This document shows, piece by piece, positions 28,897 through 37,821 of a stretch of DNA of 47,521 bases. Origin of the DNA: Pirellulales bacterium (GTDB taxonomy: Bacteria > Planctomycetota > Planctomycetia > Pirellulales > UBA1268). The stretch is from NCBI GenBank assembly GCA_044370205.1, contig JBILVW010000001.1, positions 1 through 47,521 of the forward strand. Direction: 5' to 3'. Positions within the stretch are counted from its first letter, which is position 1. Each line of letters opens with the position of its first letter. A program made the translations under genes and the position numbers. The notes beneath the pieces were generated by a model. That model saw only the letters and a list, made by a program, of their open reading frames with translations, was not told where the DNA came from and did no database searches.

Positions 28897-29940
28897 TCAT
28901 GCCAGCCACACCTTGGCCGGCTCGCCGGGCAACTCGCGGGCAAGCCGAGGCACCGCGTAACCGGGGAGGGTGTCGCGGAGCTGACGGTGGAGTTCGAGCG
29001 CCCGGGCCTCGGCCACCTCGAAGTGCCCCGCCCCGCGGACGCGGTCGAGCAGGTGGAGATAGTAGGGCGCCACACCGATCTCGACGAGCCGCTCCGAGAG
29101 ACCGCGGAGTGCGGCGAACGAATCGTTCACCCCGGCGAGCAGGACGGCCTGGTTGAGCACGATGGCCGGTGCCGCCGCCAGCCGCCGCACCGCCGCGGCC
29201 ACGCCGTCGTCGAGTTCGGCCGCATGGTTGGCGTGCACCACCACGACACAGGCCAGCCGCGTGGCTGCCAGCGTCGCCACCAACTCGTCGGTCACCCGCT
29301 CGGGCAGCACGATCGGGAGCCGCGTGTGGATGCGAAGCCGGCGCAGGTGCGGGATGGCGTCGAGCCGCTGGATGAGTTCGGCGAGCCGTACGTCGTCGGC
29401 CATGAGCGGGTCGCCGCCGGAGAGGATCGCCTCCGAAAGCGAAGGATCGGCTGCGATGGCCGCGATTGCGGCGGCCGTGCCAGCCCGCGTGGCCCCGTTG
29501 TCGGCATAGGGAAACTCCCGCCGGAAGCAGTAGCGGCAGTGCACGGCGCAGGCTCCCGACACGAGCACGAGTGCGCGGCCGGCATACTTCTGCACGAGTC
29601 CCGGCGCAGCGAGAGCCGCGGCCTCGTTGAGCGGATCGGCAGTGAAGCCCGGCAGGTCGGTCCCCTCCGCTGCGACGGGGAGCACCTGAAGCAGGAGCGG
29701 GTCGCGAGGGTTACCCCGCTCCATCCGGGCCACGAACGGCCGCGGCGCGAGCAGCGGAAAGCCGGACGGAGCGTTGGCGGCCAACGCCGGATCGAGTCCG
29801 AGGAGACGGCAGAGTTCGGACGGATCGCGAATGGCACGGGCCAGTTCCCGCTGCCAGCGGGGCGAGTCGTCACCGACGGCTCCGCCACGCGTCGAGGCCG
29901 TGGGTATGGGGGGCAACACGGCGTGGGGCGTGGCGTGCAT
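28897..29940 (-). CDS. epmB: KamA-family radical SAM lysine 2,3-aminomutase-like protein (EF-P beta-lysylation protein EpmB type)
   Basis: 347 aa from the ATG at 29940. Radical-SAM cluster CAVHCRYCFRR and SGGDPL motif. Divergent from efp. Confidence 0.85.
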   Translation of the reverse strand: MHATPHAVLPPIPTASTRGGAVGDDSPRWQRELARAIRDPSELCRLLGLDPALAANAPSGFPLLAPRPFVARMERGNPRDPLLLQVLPVAAEGTDLPGFTADPLNEAAALAAPGLVQKYAGRALVLVSGACAVHCRYCFRREFPYADNGATRAGTAAAIAAIAADPSLSEAILSGGDPLMADDVRLAELIQRLDAIPHLRRLRIHTRLPIVLPERVTDELVATLAATRLACVVVVHANHAAELDDGVAAAVRRLAAAPAIVLNQAVLLAGVNDSFAALRGLSERLVEIGVAPYYLHLLDRVRGAGHFEVAEARALELHRQLRDTLPGYAVPRLARELPGEPAKVWLA

Positions 29941-30056
29941 CGGAGGCGGTTGACAGGCCGCGGGGGCTTGGCCACGCTTGTCGGGCTTCGCCCGCGGTTC
30001 GCCCAAGGATACGGCGGCGGGCCACGAAAGAAAAACCATTCCCAGGGGTGTCACCC

Positions 30057-30626
30057 GTGCCTGCCTACAACACGAGCGAATTCAAGAAGGGTCTCAAGGT
30101 CCAGATCGACGGCGATCCCTACATCATGATCGAGTGCAACTTCGTGAAGCCGGGCAAGGGACAGGCTCTCTACAAGTGCAAGCTCCGCAACCTGCTCCGC
30201 AACACGGTGCTCGACCGCACCTACAAGAGCGGAGACTCGCTCGACGCAGCCGATATCGCCACGATCGAGGCCCAGTATCTCTACAAGCAGGGCGAGGCGT
30301 TCGTGTTCATGGACAACTCGAACTACGAGCAGTATGAGCTCTCGAAAGAGCAGGTGGACGATGCCTGGAAGTGGATCAAGGAGGGTACCGTCTGCTCGAT
30401 GCTGCTCTACAACGGCAACCCGATCTCGATGGAGCCACCGAACCACATGGTGCTCAAGGTCGAATACGCCGAACCGGCCATGCGGGGCAACACGGCGACG
30501 AACCTGACGAAGCCGGTGAAGCTGGAAACGGGTGCCGACGTGATCGTGCCCGCGTTCATCGAGCAGGACGACATGATCAAGGTGGATACCCGCACGGGCG
30601 AGTATCTCGAACGGGTGAAGGTGTAA
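30057..30626 (+). CDS. efp: elongation factor P
   Basis: 189 aa from the GTG at 30057 (ORF track start 30048). The KPGKGQA loop carries the modifiable lysine. Three OB-like domains are recognisable. Confidence 0.95.
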   Translation: MPAYNTSEFKKGLKVQIDGDPYIMIECNFVKPGKGQALYKCKLRNLLRNTVLDRTYKSGDSLDAADIATIEAQYLYKQGEAFVFMDNSNYEQYELSKEQVDDAWKWIKEGTVCSMLLYNGNPISMEPPNHMVLKVEYAEPAMRGNTATNLTKPVKLETGADVIVPAFIEQDDMIKVDTRTGEYLERVKV

Positions 30627-30684
30627 GCACCGCCCCTTCAGCGTCCCTCCAGTAACGGTCGCGAGCGGTAGCCCACACTACGCC

Positions 30685-30825
30685 GTGAGGGGCTGCCCAT
30701 GCCCCAGGAGCCGGCGTATGCCGCCGAGCGCAGCCAGGATGGCGGAGCGAAGGCGGCATCCGAGCGAGCGAAGAACAGGATGTTCGTAGCGAGCGTCCGG
30801 CGACGGGGCGTGGGCAACCCCTCAC
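30685..30825 (-). repeat. Family-2 element, copy D
   Basis: GTGAGGGGCTGCCCATGCCCC...GGGGCGTGGGCAACCCCTCAC termini. Interior has CAGGATG twice and AGCGA(A/G) three times at 21-nt spacing. Lies between the efp stop and the convergent gene stop at 30863. Confidence 0.85.
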
Positions 30826-30862
30826 TCCCACCACAGGCGGTCGACCCGCTGAGGACTAGAAA

Positions 30863-32398
30863 CTAATCCCACCACCAGCGGCCGGCTGGAAGGTCCTTCG
30901 CGGCGGCACGCGTGGCGGCAACGTCGCCATTGTCGTCGAGCAGCAGGTTCGGCGAATCGAAGGCCATTCGCGGGTGCATCGTGACGCCACCGCCGATCGG
31001 CGTGATCAGCTTGCTGCCCCGCCACACGGCGTTGATCGCCGTCTCCACCTCGCGGGGCGTCTCGAGCCGCTCGATCCGGTAGGCCTGCTCGTCGCGGAGC
31101 GTCTCGGCACCCCAGTTCGCCTTCCCGTAGGCGTCGTGCTCCTGCATGTAGGCCGCCACGACCGCGAGGTCGATGAGGGTGCGGAGCTGGGCGTAGACCG
31201 GGTTGCGGGCCGCGATCTCGGGATACTTCTTGGTAAAGGTCTGCGTGAACGTGCGGCTGGCGCCGTCGGCCCGGTTGGCATCGAGGCGGCGGCCGTCGGG
31301 CATCACCACCTCGTCGGCGCCGCAGAGCTTCACGCCCTGTCCCACGAGCTGGATGGCGAGGTCGTCTTCGGCCATCTTCACGCATTGGTAGTCGGGCAGG
31401 AAGTACCACCGCTGCAGGGCGTTTTGCCCGGCGCCGCCGCTGGTGAGATCGACCCACGTCTTCATCTTCACCGGTGCCGGCTCGAGGCCGATGCCGATCA
31501 GCTTCATCCGGTAATCGGCCTCCACGAGCACCTGGGCGAAGTGGGTCGCGGGCGACACACCGAACACGCTCACCGTCTGCGTGCCGAGCGCCTGCTTCAT
31601 GCCGCCCACGATCGCATCGGTGCCCCCCTTGGGATTCACGCGGCCGACCTTCTTGAGGTAGGCCTGCATCGCGGCGAGGCCCTCGGGCTTGGGATCGATC
31701 GAGCAGCCGATCTGCCGGTCCTGCGGCTGCCCCGGGGCGAAGGCGCGGATCGCAGCGGCAAGGTCTTCGAGCAGCACCGTCGGCCAACCGGTCTCGACGC
31801 CGCGGACGCGGCCCGTCGCATCGGTGATCCAGGGCTCTGCGGGGCCGGCGACGACGATCTCGCCCGGTCGCCCGTCCTCGGCCGGATACACGAACACATA
31901 CTGCACTCGCGTGAGACCGGCGAGCTTTTCCATCGCGTCAGGCACACCTCGGCCGCCCTCGATCGCCTTTCGCACCTCGGCCTCGAGCCGCGAGAGGGCG
32001 ACCTTGCGGAGCTTGGAGTTCTTCTGCAGGTCTCCCTCGAACGCCGCGACAGCCGCCTTGCGGTGTTCAACGGACAGCCCGCCGTCGGCGACACTCTGCA
32101 TGCGAAGCACGCCGTTGGCATCGATGAGCACGCCGGACGGCGGCGAGAAGCCGAAGCCCATGCGGCCCATGCCGCCCATGCCACCCATGCCACCCATGCC
32201 GCCGCCCATTCCGCCACCCATGCCGCCGCCCATGCCGCCGCCCTGCTGCATGCCACCGCCCATGCCACCGCCACCCATCTGGGCATGGAGCGGTCGTGCC
32301 GCGAGGAAACACGCGGCGACGGCCAGGCTGGCCGCGAGGCGGCTGATTACGAGGGGGGGATGAAAGGATCGCGACGTCAGCGGCTGAGCCTTGGACAT
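30863..32398 (-). CDS. exported DUF1598-like protein with N-terminal Gly/Met-rich repeat
   Basis: 511 aa from the ATG at 32398. Signal peptide ending LHA-QM, then a 44-aa (G3-4M)n tract, then a large globular region ending WWWD. The DUF1598 assignment is from recall. Confidence 0.7.
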   Translation of the reverse strand: MSKAQPLTSRSFHPPLVISRLAASLAVAACFLAARPLHAQMGGGGMGGGMQQGGGMGGGMGGGMGGGMGGMGGMGGMGRMGFGFSPPSGVLIDANGVLRMQSVADGGLSVEHRKAAVAAFEGDLQKNSKLRKVALSRLEAEVRKAIEGGRGVPDAMEKLAGLTRVQYVFVYPAEDGRPGEIVVAGPAEPWITDATGRVRGVETGWPTVLLEDLAAAIRAFAPGQPQDRQIGCSIDPKPEGLAAMQAYLKKVGRVNPKGGTDAIVGGMKQALGTQTVSVFGVSPATHFAQVLVEADYRMKLIGIGLEPAPVKMKTWVDLTSGGAGQNALQRWYFLPDYQCVKMAEDDLAIQLVGQGVKLCGADEVVMPDGRRLDANRADGASRTFTQTFTKKYPEIAARNPVYAQLRTLIDLAVVAAYMQEHDAYGKANWGAETLRDEQAYRIERLETPREVETAINAVWRGSKLITPIGGGVTMHPRMAFDSPNLLLDDNGDVAATRAAAKDLPAGRWWWD

Positions 32399-32535
32399 GG
32401 CAGGTTTCCGGGAAGAATGCACACTCTCCTGTGGCATCGGCGGCCGCGCGGCACGTGCTTGCGGGGAAGCGAAAACTGCCCGCAGAATCCGTCGCACTCC
32501 ACTCCGACGCGACCGGTTGTAACGATTAAACCAGA

Positions 32536-35500
32536 CTACCGCGCCCCGGCCCCGGCCCGTCCCGCAAACTCGCGGCGGCCCCGGCCTGCGTCGTCGCCGT
32601 TCTTCCGTCCCCCGCCCGCGGAGAGCGCCGCCCGCACGCAGCCCGGCCCGAGCAGGCCCACGATCTCGCGGTGCAATTCAGGGTTCCAGGCCACGGCATG
32701 CCGGTCGGCCTCCATCAGCACGCGGCCGCCATCGGTCAGATCGAGCACGAGCCGTAGCGGCACCTTGCCTGGATGGCGGCGGACGATCTCGGCCAGACGC
32801 TCGAGCACGTCGATGCCGTGGTCGGCCTCGGCGACCTTCACCGTCACGCTCCGCGCCGGGAGCCGCCACACGTCGGCAACGGGCAGGATCTCGTTGACCA
32901 CGAGGTTCGTTTCCTCGCTGCCGGCCCGGCGGTCGATCGACCCGGCCACGAGGATCACGGCGTCGGCCACGATGTGGTCGCCCAGCCGGGCATAGTCCTC
33001 GGGCCAGCAGATCGTGCGGACGAGCCCGTCCATGTCCTCGAGGTCGAACATCGCATAGCGGGTGTGGGTCGAGCCCGGCCGCGGCTGCTTCGTGTTGGAG
33101 AGCTTGAGCGCCGCCACGAGGCCGCCGATCAGCACGTCTCCCTTGGCCTTCACCGCGCCGAGGCCCCCCGTGCCGTGCGTGCAGACGGTGTCGAGCAGGT
33201 TCTTGTGCTCGGCGAGCGGATGGCTGTGCACGTAGTAGCCGAGCACCTCCTTTTCGTAGGACCGCATCTCGAGATCGGAGAGCGGCGGCACGTCGGCCAC
33301 GGTGGCGGCGGCCGGCTTCGCGGCCGCTGCCGGCGCCGGCTCGTCGAAGGCGGCGAACAGATTCTTTTGGCCACTCTTCTTGTCGGCGAGCTGGGCGGCA
33401 CCCGATGCCATGGCCCGCTCCACGCCGGCCAAGAGCGCTCCTCGGTGGCTGCCAAGGGCGTCGAGTGCCCCGGCCTTGGCGAGGTTCTCGATCGCCGTCT
33501 TGTTGACCACCGACGGGTCGAGCCGCCCGCAGAAGTCGTGGAGATCGCGGTAGGGCCCGGCCTTCGCCCGCTCGGCCGCGATCGCCTCGGAGGCCTGCAC
33601 GCCGCAGCCCTTGATGGCGGCCAGCCCGAACAGGATCTTCCCGCCGCTCACGAAGAAGTCGGCCATCGACGCATTCACGTCGGGAGGGGCCACCTCGATG
33701 CTCATCCGGCGGCAGTCCTCGATGTGCTCGACGAGCGCGTCCTTCTTCTTGAAGTTGCGGCCCGTGATGTCGCCCGAGAGCAGGGCCGCCATGAACTCCT
33801 TGGCGTAGTGGGTCTTCAGGTAGGCCGTCTGCCAGGCGAGCAGGGCGTAGGCCGTCGAGTGGCTCTTGTTGAAGCCGTAGCCGGCGAACTTCTCGATGAG
33901 CGCGAAGACCTCCTCGGCCTGCTGTTTCGAGAGCCCCTGGGCCTGCGCCCCCTTCACGAACTGCTCGCGGAAGGCGGCGATCGTCTCCAGCTTCTTCTTG
34001 CTGATCGCCTTGATGCAGGTGTAGGCGCTGGAGAGCTCGATGCCACCGAGCCGCTCCAGAATCCGCATCACCTGCTCTTGGTAGACCATCACGCCGTGCG
34101 TCTCGCCGAGCACGTCCTTCATCACAGGATGCAGGAACTCGGGCCGCTTGCGGCCGTGCTTCACGTTGACGTACTCGTCCACCATGCCGCCTTCCAGCGG
34201 CCCCGGGCGGTAGAGGGCGTTGACGGCCACGATGTCGAGGAAGTGGTCGGGCTTCATCCGCTGGAGCAGGTCCCGGATGCCGCCGCTTTCGAGCTGGAAG
34301 ATGCCCTTCGTCTCGCCGCGGCAGAGCGTGGCGAACGTCTCCGCGTCGTCGAGTGGGAAGGCGAACGGATCGGGTTTCTGGCCCCGCGTGGCTGCGATGA
34401 TGTCGAGCGTCTTGGCCACGACGGTGAGGTAGCGGAGGCCGAGGAAGTCCATCTTCATGAGCCCGGCGCGTTCCACGTCGCCCATGGCCCACTGGGTGAT
34501 CACTTCCTCCTTGCCCGTCACCCGCTGGAGCGGCACGTATTCCACGAGCGGCCGATCGGCGATCACGACGGCGGCGGCATGGGTTCCCACGTTGCGGGCG
34601 AGCCCCTCGATCCGCTGGGCGAGGCTCACGAGCTCCCGCACCTCCGCGTCGGAGTCGCAGGCCTCGGCGAGCTGCGAGCCGGGCGCCACGGCCTCTTCGA
34701 GCGAGATGCCGAGCTGGTCGGGCACGAGGGCCACGATCTGGTCGACCCGCGGCAGGGGCATGCCCAGCGCCCGCCCCACGTCGCGGATCGCAGCCCGGGC
34801 CGCGAGCGTGCCGAAGGTGCCGATCTGGGCGACGTTGGCCTCGCCGTACTTCTTCTTGACGTAGTCGATGACCTCGCCCCGCCGCTCCTTGCAGAAGTCG
34901 ATGTCGATGTCGGGCGCCTCGCGGCGATTGATGTCGAGGAACCGCTCGAAAAGCAGGTCGTATTCCAGCGGACAGACGTGCGAGAGGTAGAGCGAATAGG
35001 CCACGAGCGCGCCCACGCCCGAGCCTCTGGCCGCCGCGGGAATATCCCGCTCGCGGGCATGCCGCACGAAGTCCCAGACGATCAGGAAGTAGCTGGCGAA
35101 GCCGAGCGTGTCGATCACCCCCAGTTCGCGGTCGAGCCGATCCATCACGTCGGCATGCAGCTCGCCCCCGATCGCGCCCTCGACCCAGCGCTTCGGCACG
35201 GTGGCATACCGCTCTCGGAGCCCTTCGAGGCAGAGCCGCCGCAGCTCCTGGCTGGCAGTCAATCCGCCGGGCACGTCGAAGCCCGGGAAGTGACGCTTGC
35301 CGAGGTCGAGCTCGATCGCCACCGCGTCGGCGATCTGCTGGCTGCGGGCGACGGCCTCGCCCACGAAATCCCGCTCCAGCCCCACGAACGCCGCATGCAT
35401 CTCCGCGGGGCTCTTGAGATAGAACTCACTCGAGTCCATCTTCATCCGGCTGGCGTCGTTGCGGAATCGGCCGGTATTGACGCAGAGCAGGATGTCCTGG

Positions 35501-36174
35501 GCCTCGGCGTCCTCGCGGTTGATGTAGTGGCAGTCGCAGGTGGCCACCGGCGGGACGCCGAGTTCTCTCGAGATCTCGAGCGCGGCTTCCGTCACCTGCC
35601 GCTGCACGTCGAGGCCGTTGTCCTGGATCTCGATGAAGTAGCGGTCGCCGAACTGCTTCTGGAACCAGCCGGCGACCTCCTTGGCCTTCGCGAGCGACTC
35701 CTGCTGCTCCCGCGACGAGCCGATCAGCGACCGGCTGAACTCGCTCGAGAGACAGCCGGAGAGGCAGATGATCCCTTCGCCGAATTGCTCGAGCAGCTCA
35801 CGGTCGATCCGTGGCTTGAAGTAGAAGCCCTCGAGGTAGGCCTTCGTGGCCAGCTGCAGGAGGTTGGCGAACCCCGTGCGGTCCTTGGCCAGAAGCGTGA
35901 GGTGGTAGCTCGAATCCTTCTGGCTGCCGGCATCCTTCTGAAACCGGCTGCCGGGGGCGATGTAGGCCTCGTAGCCGATGATCGGATTGATGCCCGCGGC
36001 CTTCGCGGCCTGATAAAACTCGAGTGCCCCGTGCAGATTGCCATGGTCGGTGATCGCCAGGGCATTCATGCCCAGTTCGGCGGTTCGCGACACGAGCCGG
36101 TCGATGGGGCTCGCGCCGTCGAGCAGGCTGTAGTGGCTGTGGCAGTGAAGGTGGACGAAAGACTGCGCGGTCAT
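32536..36174 (-). CDS. dnaE: DNA polymerase III subunit alpha
   Basis: 1212 aa from the ATG at 36174. PHP domain FVHLHCHSHYSLLDGA, then polymerase core, HhH and OB-fold regions. Confidence 0.97.
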   Translation of the reverse strand: MTAQSFVHLHCHSHYSLLDGASPIDRLVSRTAELGMNALAITDHGNLHGALEFYQAAKAAGINPIIGYEAYIAPGSRFQKDAGSQKDSSYHLTLLAKDRTGFANLLQLATKAYLEGFYFKPRIDRELLEQFGEGIICLSGCLSSEFSRSLIGSSREQQESLAKAKEVAGWFQKQFGDRYFIEIQDNGLDVQRQVTEAALEISRELGVPPVATCDCHYINREDAEAQDILLCVNTGRFRNDASRMKMDSSEFYLKSPAEMHAAFVGLERDFVGEAVARSQQIADAVAIELDLGKRHFPGFDVPGGLTASQELRRLCLEGLRERYATVPKRWVEGAIGGELHADVMDRLDRELGVIDTLGFASYFLIVWDFVRHARERDIPAAARGSGVGALVAYSLYLSHVCPLEYDLLFERFLDINRREAPDIDIDFCKERRGEVIDYVKKKYGEANVAQIGTFGTLAARAAIRDVGRALGMPLPRVDQIVALVPDQLGISLEEAVAPGSQLAEACDSDAEVRELVSLAQRIEGLARNVGTHAAAVVIADRPLVEYVPLQRVTGKEEVITQWAMGDVERAGLMKMDFLGLRYLTVVAKTLDIIAATRGQKPDPFAFPLDDAETFATLCRGETKGIFQLESGGIRDLLQRMKPDHFLDIVAVNALYRPGPLEGGMVDEYVNVKHGRKRPEFLHPVMKDVLGETHGVMVYQEQVMRILERLGGIELSSAYTCIKAISKKKLETIAAFREQFVKGAQAQGLSKQQAEEVFALIEKFAGYGFNKSHSTAYALLAWQTAYLKTHYAKEFMAALLSGDITGRNFKKKDALVEHIEDCRRMSIEVAPPDVNASMADFFVSGGKILFGLAAIKGCGVQASEAIAAERAKAGPYRDLHDFCGRLDPSVVNKTAIENLAKAGALDALGSHRGALLAGVERAMASGAAQLADKKSGQKNLFAAFDEPAPAAAAKPAAATVADVPPLSDLEMRSYEKEVLGYYVHSHPLAEHKNLLDTVCTHGTGGLGAVKAKGDVLIGGLVAALKLSNTKQPRPGSTHTRYAMFDLEDMDGLVRTICWPEDYARLGDHIVADAVILVAGSIDRRAGSEETNLVVNEILPVADVWRLPARSVTVKVAEADHGIDVLERLAEIVRRHPGKVPLRLVLDLTDGGRVLMEADRHAVAWNPELHREIVGLLGPGCVRAALSAGGGRKNGDDAGRGRREFAGRAGAGAR

Positions 36175-36216
36175 CCGTGGTCCTCGCGAAGGCAACCGGA
36201 TTGTACCGGATGAGAC

Positions 36217-36885
36217 TTACCGCGACTCGCCGATGGAGCGGAGCATTTCGGCGAGGCGGGCCTGGAGGTCGAGCACGCCCTGCCAGTCGGCGAAGTCGAG
36301 TTCCGCCTTCTCCTGCCCCGGACGGACCACGGCCGACTCGCTCGCAGCCCGCAGCACGCCCTGCATGTAGTCGAGGAGCTCACTCAGTTCGGCTGCCTGA
36401 GCCGGGCTCAGCCGTCCGGGCAGCGGCGGCGGACCGCCCGGCAGGAGCGGCGACCGCACGTCGGCCACGTCCTCGATCACGTCCGAATCATGCGTCGCGA
36501 TCCGCTGCATCCGTTCACGAACCTGGATCTCGTGGCCGTTGCCCGCGGCCTTGTGCCGCGCGGCCAGCTCGGCGATCCGCTGGTCGATGTCGCTGTGCGA
36601 CCCGACGAGCAGCAGCGAGCGGCCCAGCGCGATCATGTCGCCGCTGCGCACGATCCGCACGTGGATTTCCTCGCCGTTGACCCGCGTGCCGTTGGTGCTC
36701 TCCAGATCGGTGGCCACGATCTTGTCGTGGTCGTCTTGAATCTTGAGATGGAAGCGGCTGATCCGGTCGTCGTTGAGCTGGATCGAGTTGCCTTCTTCGC
36801 GGCCGATCGTCACCGGCGTGGGCAGCCGCTCGAACACCCGCCCCCGGTCGGCACCATGCAGCACGCGAAGCGTGATAAAGGCCAT
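36217..36885 (-). CDS. FHA domain-containing protein
   Basis: 222 aa from the ATG at 36885. FHA core TIGREEGNSIQLNDDRISRFHLKI...DLESTNGTRVNG. Confidence 0.8.
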   Translation of the reverse strand: MAFITLRVLHGADRGRVFERLPTPVTIGREEGNSIQLNDDRISRFHLKIQDDHDKIVATDLESTNGTRVNGEEIHVRIVRSGDMIALGRSLLLVGSHSDIDQRIAELAARHKAAGNGHEIQVRERMQRIATHDSDVIEDVADVRSPLLPGGPPPLPGRLSPAQAAELSELLDYMQGVLRAASESAVVRPGQEKAELDFADWQGVLDLQARLAEMLRSIGESR

Positions 36886-37074
36886 GGACGTCCGCCGGCC
36901 GCTGGGGTGCTGGAGGGAAACGCTGGGCAAGGCCGCATCCGGGGCGTCGAGAACGCGCGGTGGACCGCTCCTGAAGGTATGCTCGCGCCCGCCGGCCGGT
37001 CAAAGGCCTCTTGCCCGCCCGCCGCGGCACGCCACTGCCGGCCGGCCCCTCCGATCGTTACGATTGATGCACAC

Positions 37075-37147
37075 GCGCCCGTAGCTCAATGGATAGAGCA
37101 TCGGTCTTCGGAACCGAGGGTTGCAGGTTCGAGTCCTGCCGGGCGTA
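37075..37147 (+). tRNA. tRNA-Arg (anticodon UCG)
   Basis: Hand-folded cloverleaf. Acceptor GCGCCCG/CGGGCGT, D stem GCTC/GAGC, anticodon stem TCGGT/ACCGA with loop CT-TCG-GA, T arm GCAGG-TTCGAGT-CCTGC. 73 nt, CCA not encoded. Confidence 0.93.
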
Positions 37148-37206
37148 CTGAAAGCTGTCCAGTGGCGGAGCGAGGCCCGAAGGGATCGCGACGCCGAAAA
37201 GCAGCC

Positions 37207-37232
37207 TGCAGGTTCGAGTCCTGCCGGGCGTA
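37207..37232 (+). repeat. 26-bp exact duplicate of the tRNA-Arg 3' end (T arm plus acceptor 3' strand), att-like
   Basis: tgcaggttcgagtcctgccgggcgta occurs at 37122-37147 (inside the tRNA) and again at 37207-37232. No matching 5' half, so it is not a second tRNA. Confidence 0.9.
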
Positions 37233-37256
37233 TTCCTTCCAAAGCCCGCGCCGGCT

Positions 37257-37335
37257 CGGGGGCGGTACAAGTCTCGTCGCGATGGACCTCGCGGACTCGG
37301 TCCAAATGCTCCTCGAGCTTGCACCGACCCCCTCG
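37257..37335 (+). repeat. Family-3 structured hairpin element, copy 2
   Basis: CGGGGGCGGTACAAGtCTCG-TCGCGA-TGGACC-tcgcggactc-GGTCCA-AATGCTCCT-CGAGCTTGCACCGaCCCCC. Confidence 0.8.
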
Positions 37336-37371
37336 CCTCGTCGTATCGGGCGGGCAGTCGAAGGCGGACGG

Positions 37372-37713
37372 TTACTTTCCCGGCCCGAGGCTGCCGGTGG
37401 GCTCGCCCTGGTCGTCGAAGAATTCGACGCTGCCGGTGCGGCGATCGGGCCGCGTGCCGATCGCGATGGAATCGACGCCGGCTGCGTCCTTGATCTCGAT
37501 TCGGCCGCCACCGTCGCCCACCACGCGGCCGAGATGCACGAGCACCGTGCCGTCGGTGCCCGTCACGATCAGCTCGCGGCAGACGATCTGGCCCGTGTCG
37601 AGGCTATCGACTCGGCTGGCCCGGTCTTCGTCGGCCACGATCGCCGCCCGCACCGCCATCCCGATGGCAAGAAACAAAAGCGGATACACGGTCCAGCGTT
37701 CACGGCTCGTCAT
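37372..37713 (-). CDS. hypothetical membrane-anchored protein
   Basis: 113-aa ORF with an N-terminal TM helix (VYPLLFLAIGMAVRAAIV). Sits downstream of the thioredoxin-like gene on the same strand. No homology recognised. Confidence 0.5.
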   Translation of the reverse strand: MTSRERWTVYPLLFLAIGMAVRAAIVADEDRASRVDSLDTGQIVCRELIVTGTDGTVLVHLGRVVGDGGGRIEIKDAAGVDSIAIGTRPDRRTGSVEFFDDQGEPTGSLGPGK

Positions 37714-37821
37714 CGAGCAGGTTCTCTCATTCGCGTTCGGGGAGGCGACGGGATCGGTGCGAGGATCGCGAGCGTGGCGTGCGGCCGCCAGCGAGCGAAC
37801 TCGTACCGTTCCGTCGCCGGC

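Noticed and set aside
32147-32278. Non-coding tandem DNA repeat (minisatellite) inside 30863-32398
   Set aside because: The 9- and 12-nt repeats stay in frame within a long, otherwise well-behaved ORF and directly follow a signal peptide. I interpret them as a coding Gly/Met-rich tract.
37148-37232. A second tRNA or tRNA pseudogene downstream of tRNA-Arg
   Set aside because: Only the T arm and the 3' acceptor strand are present. No complementary 5' acceptor strand, D arm or anticodon arm can be folded from 37148-37206.
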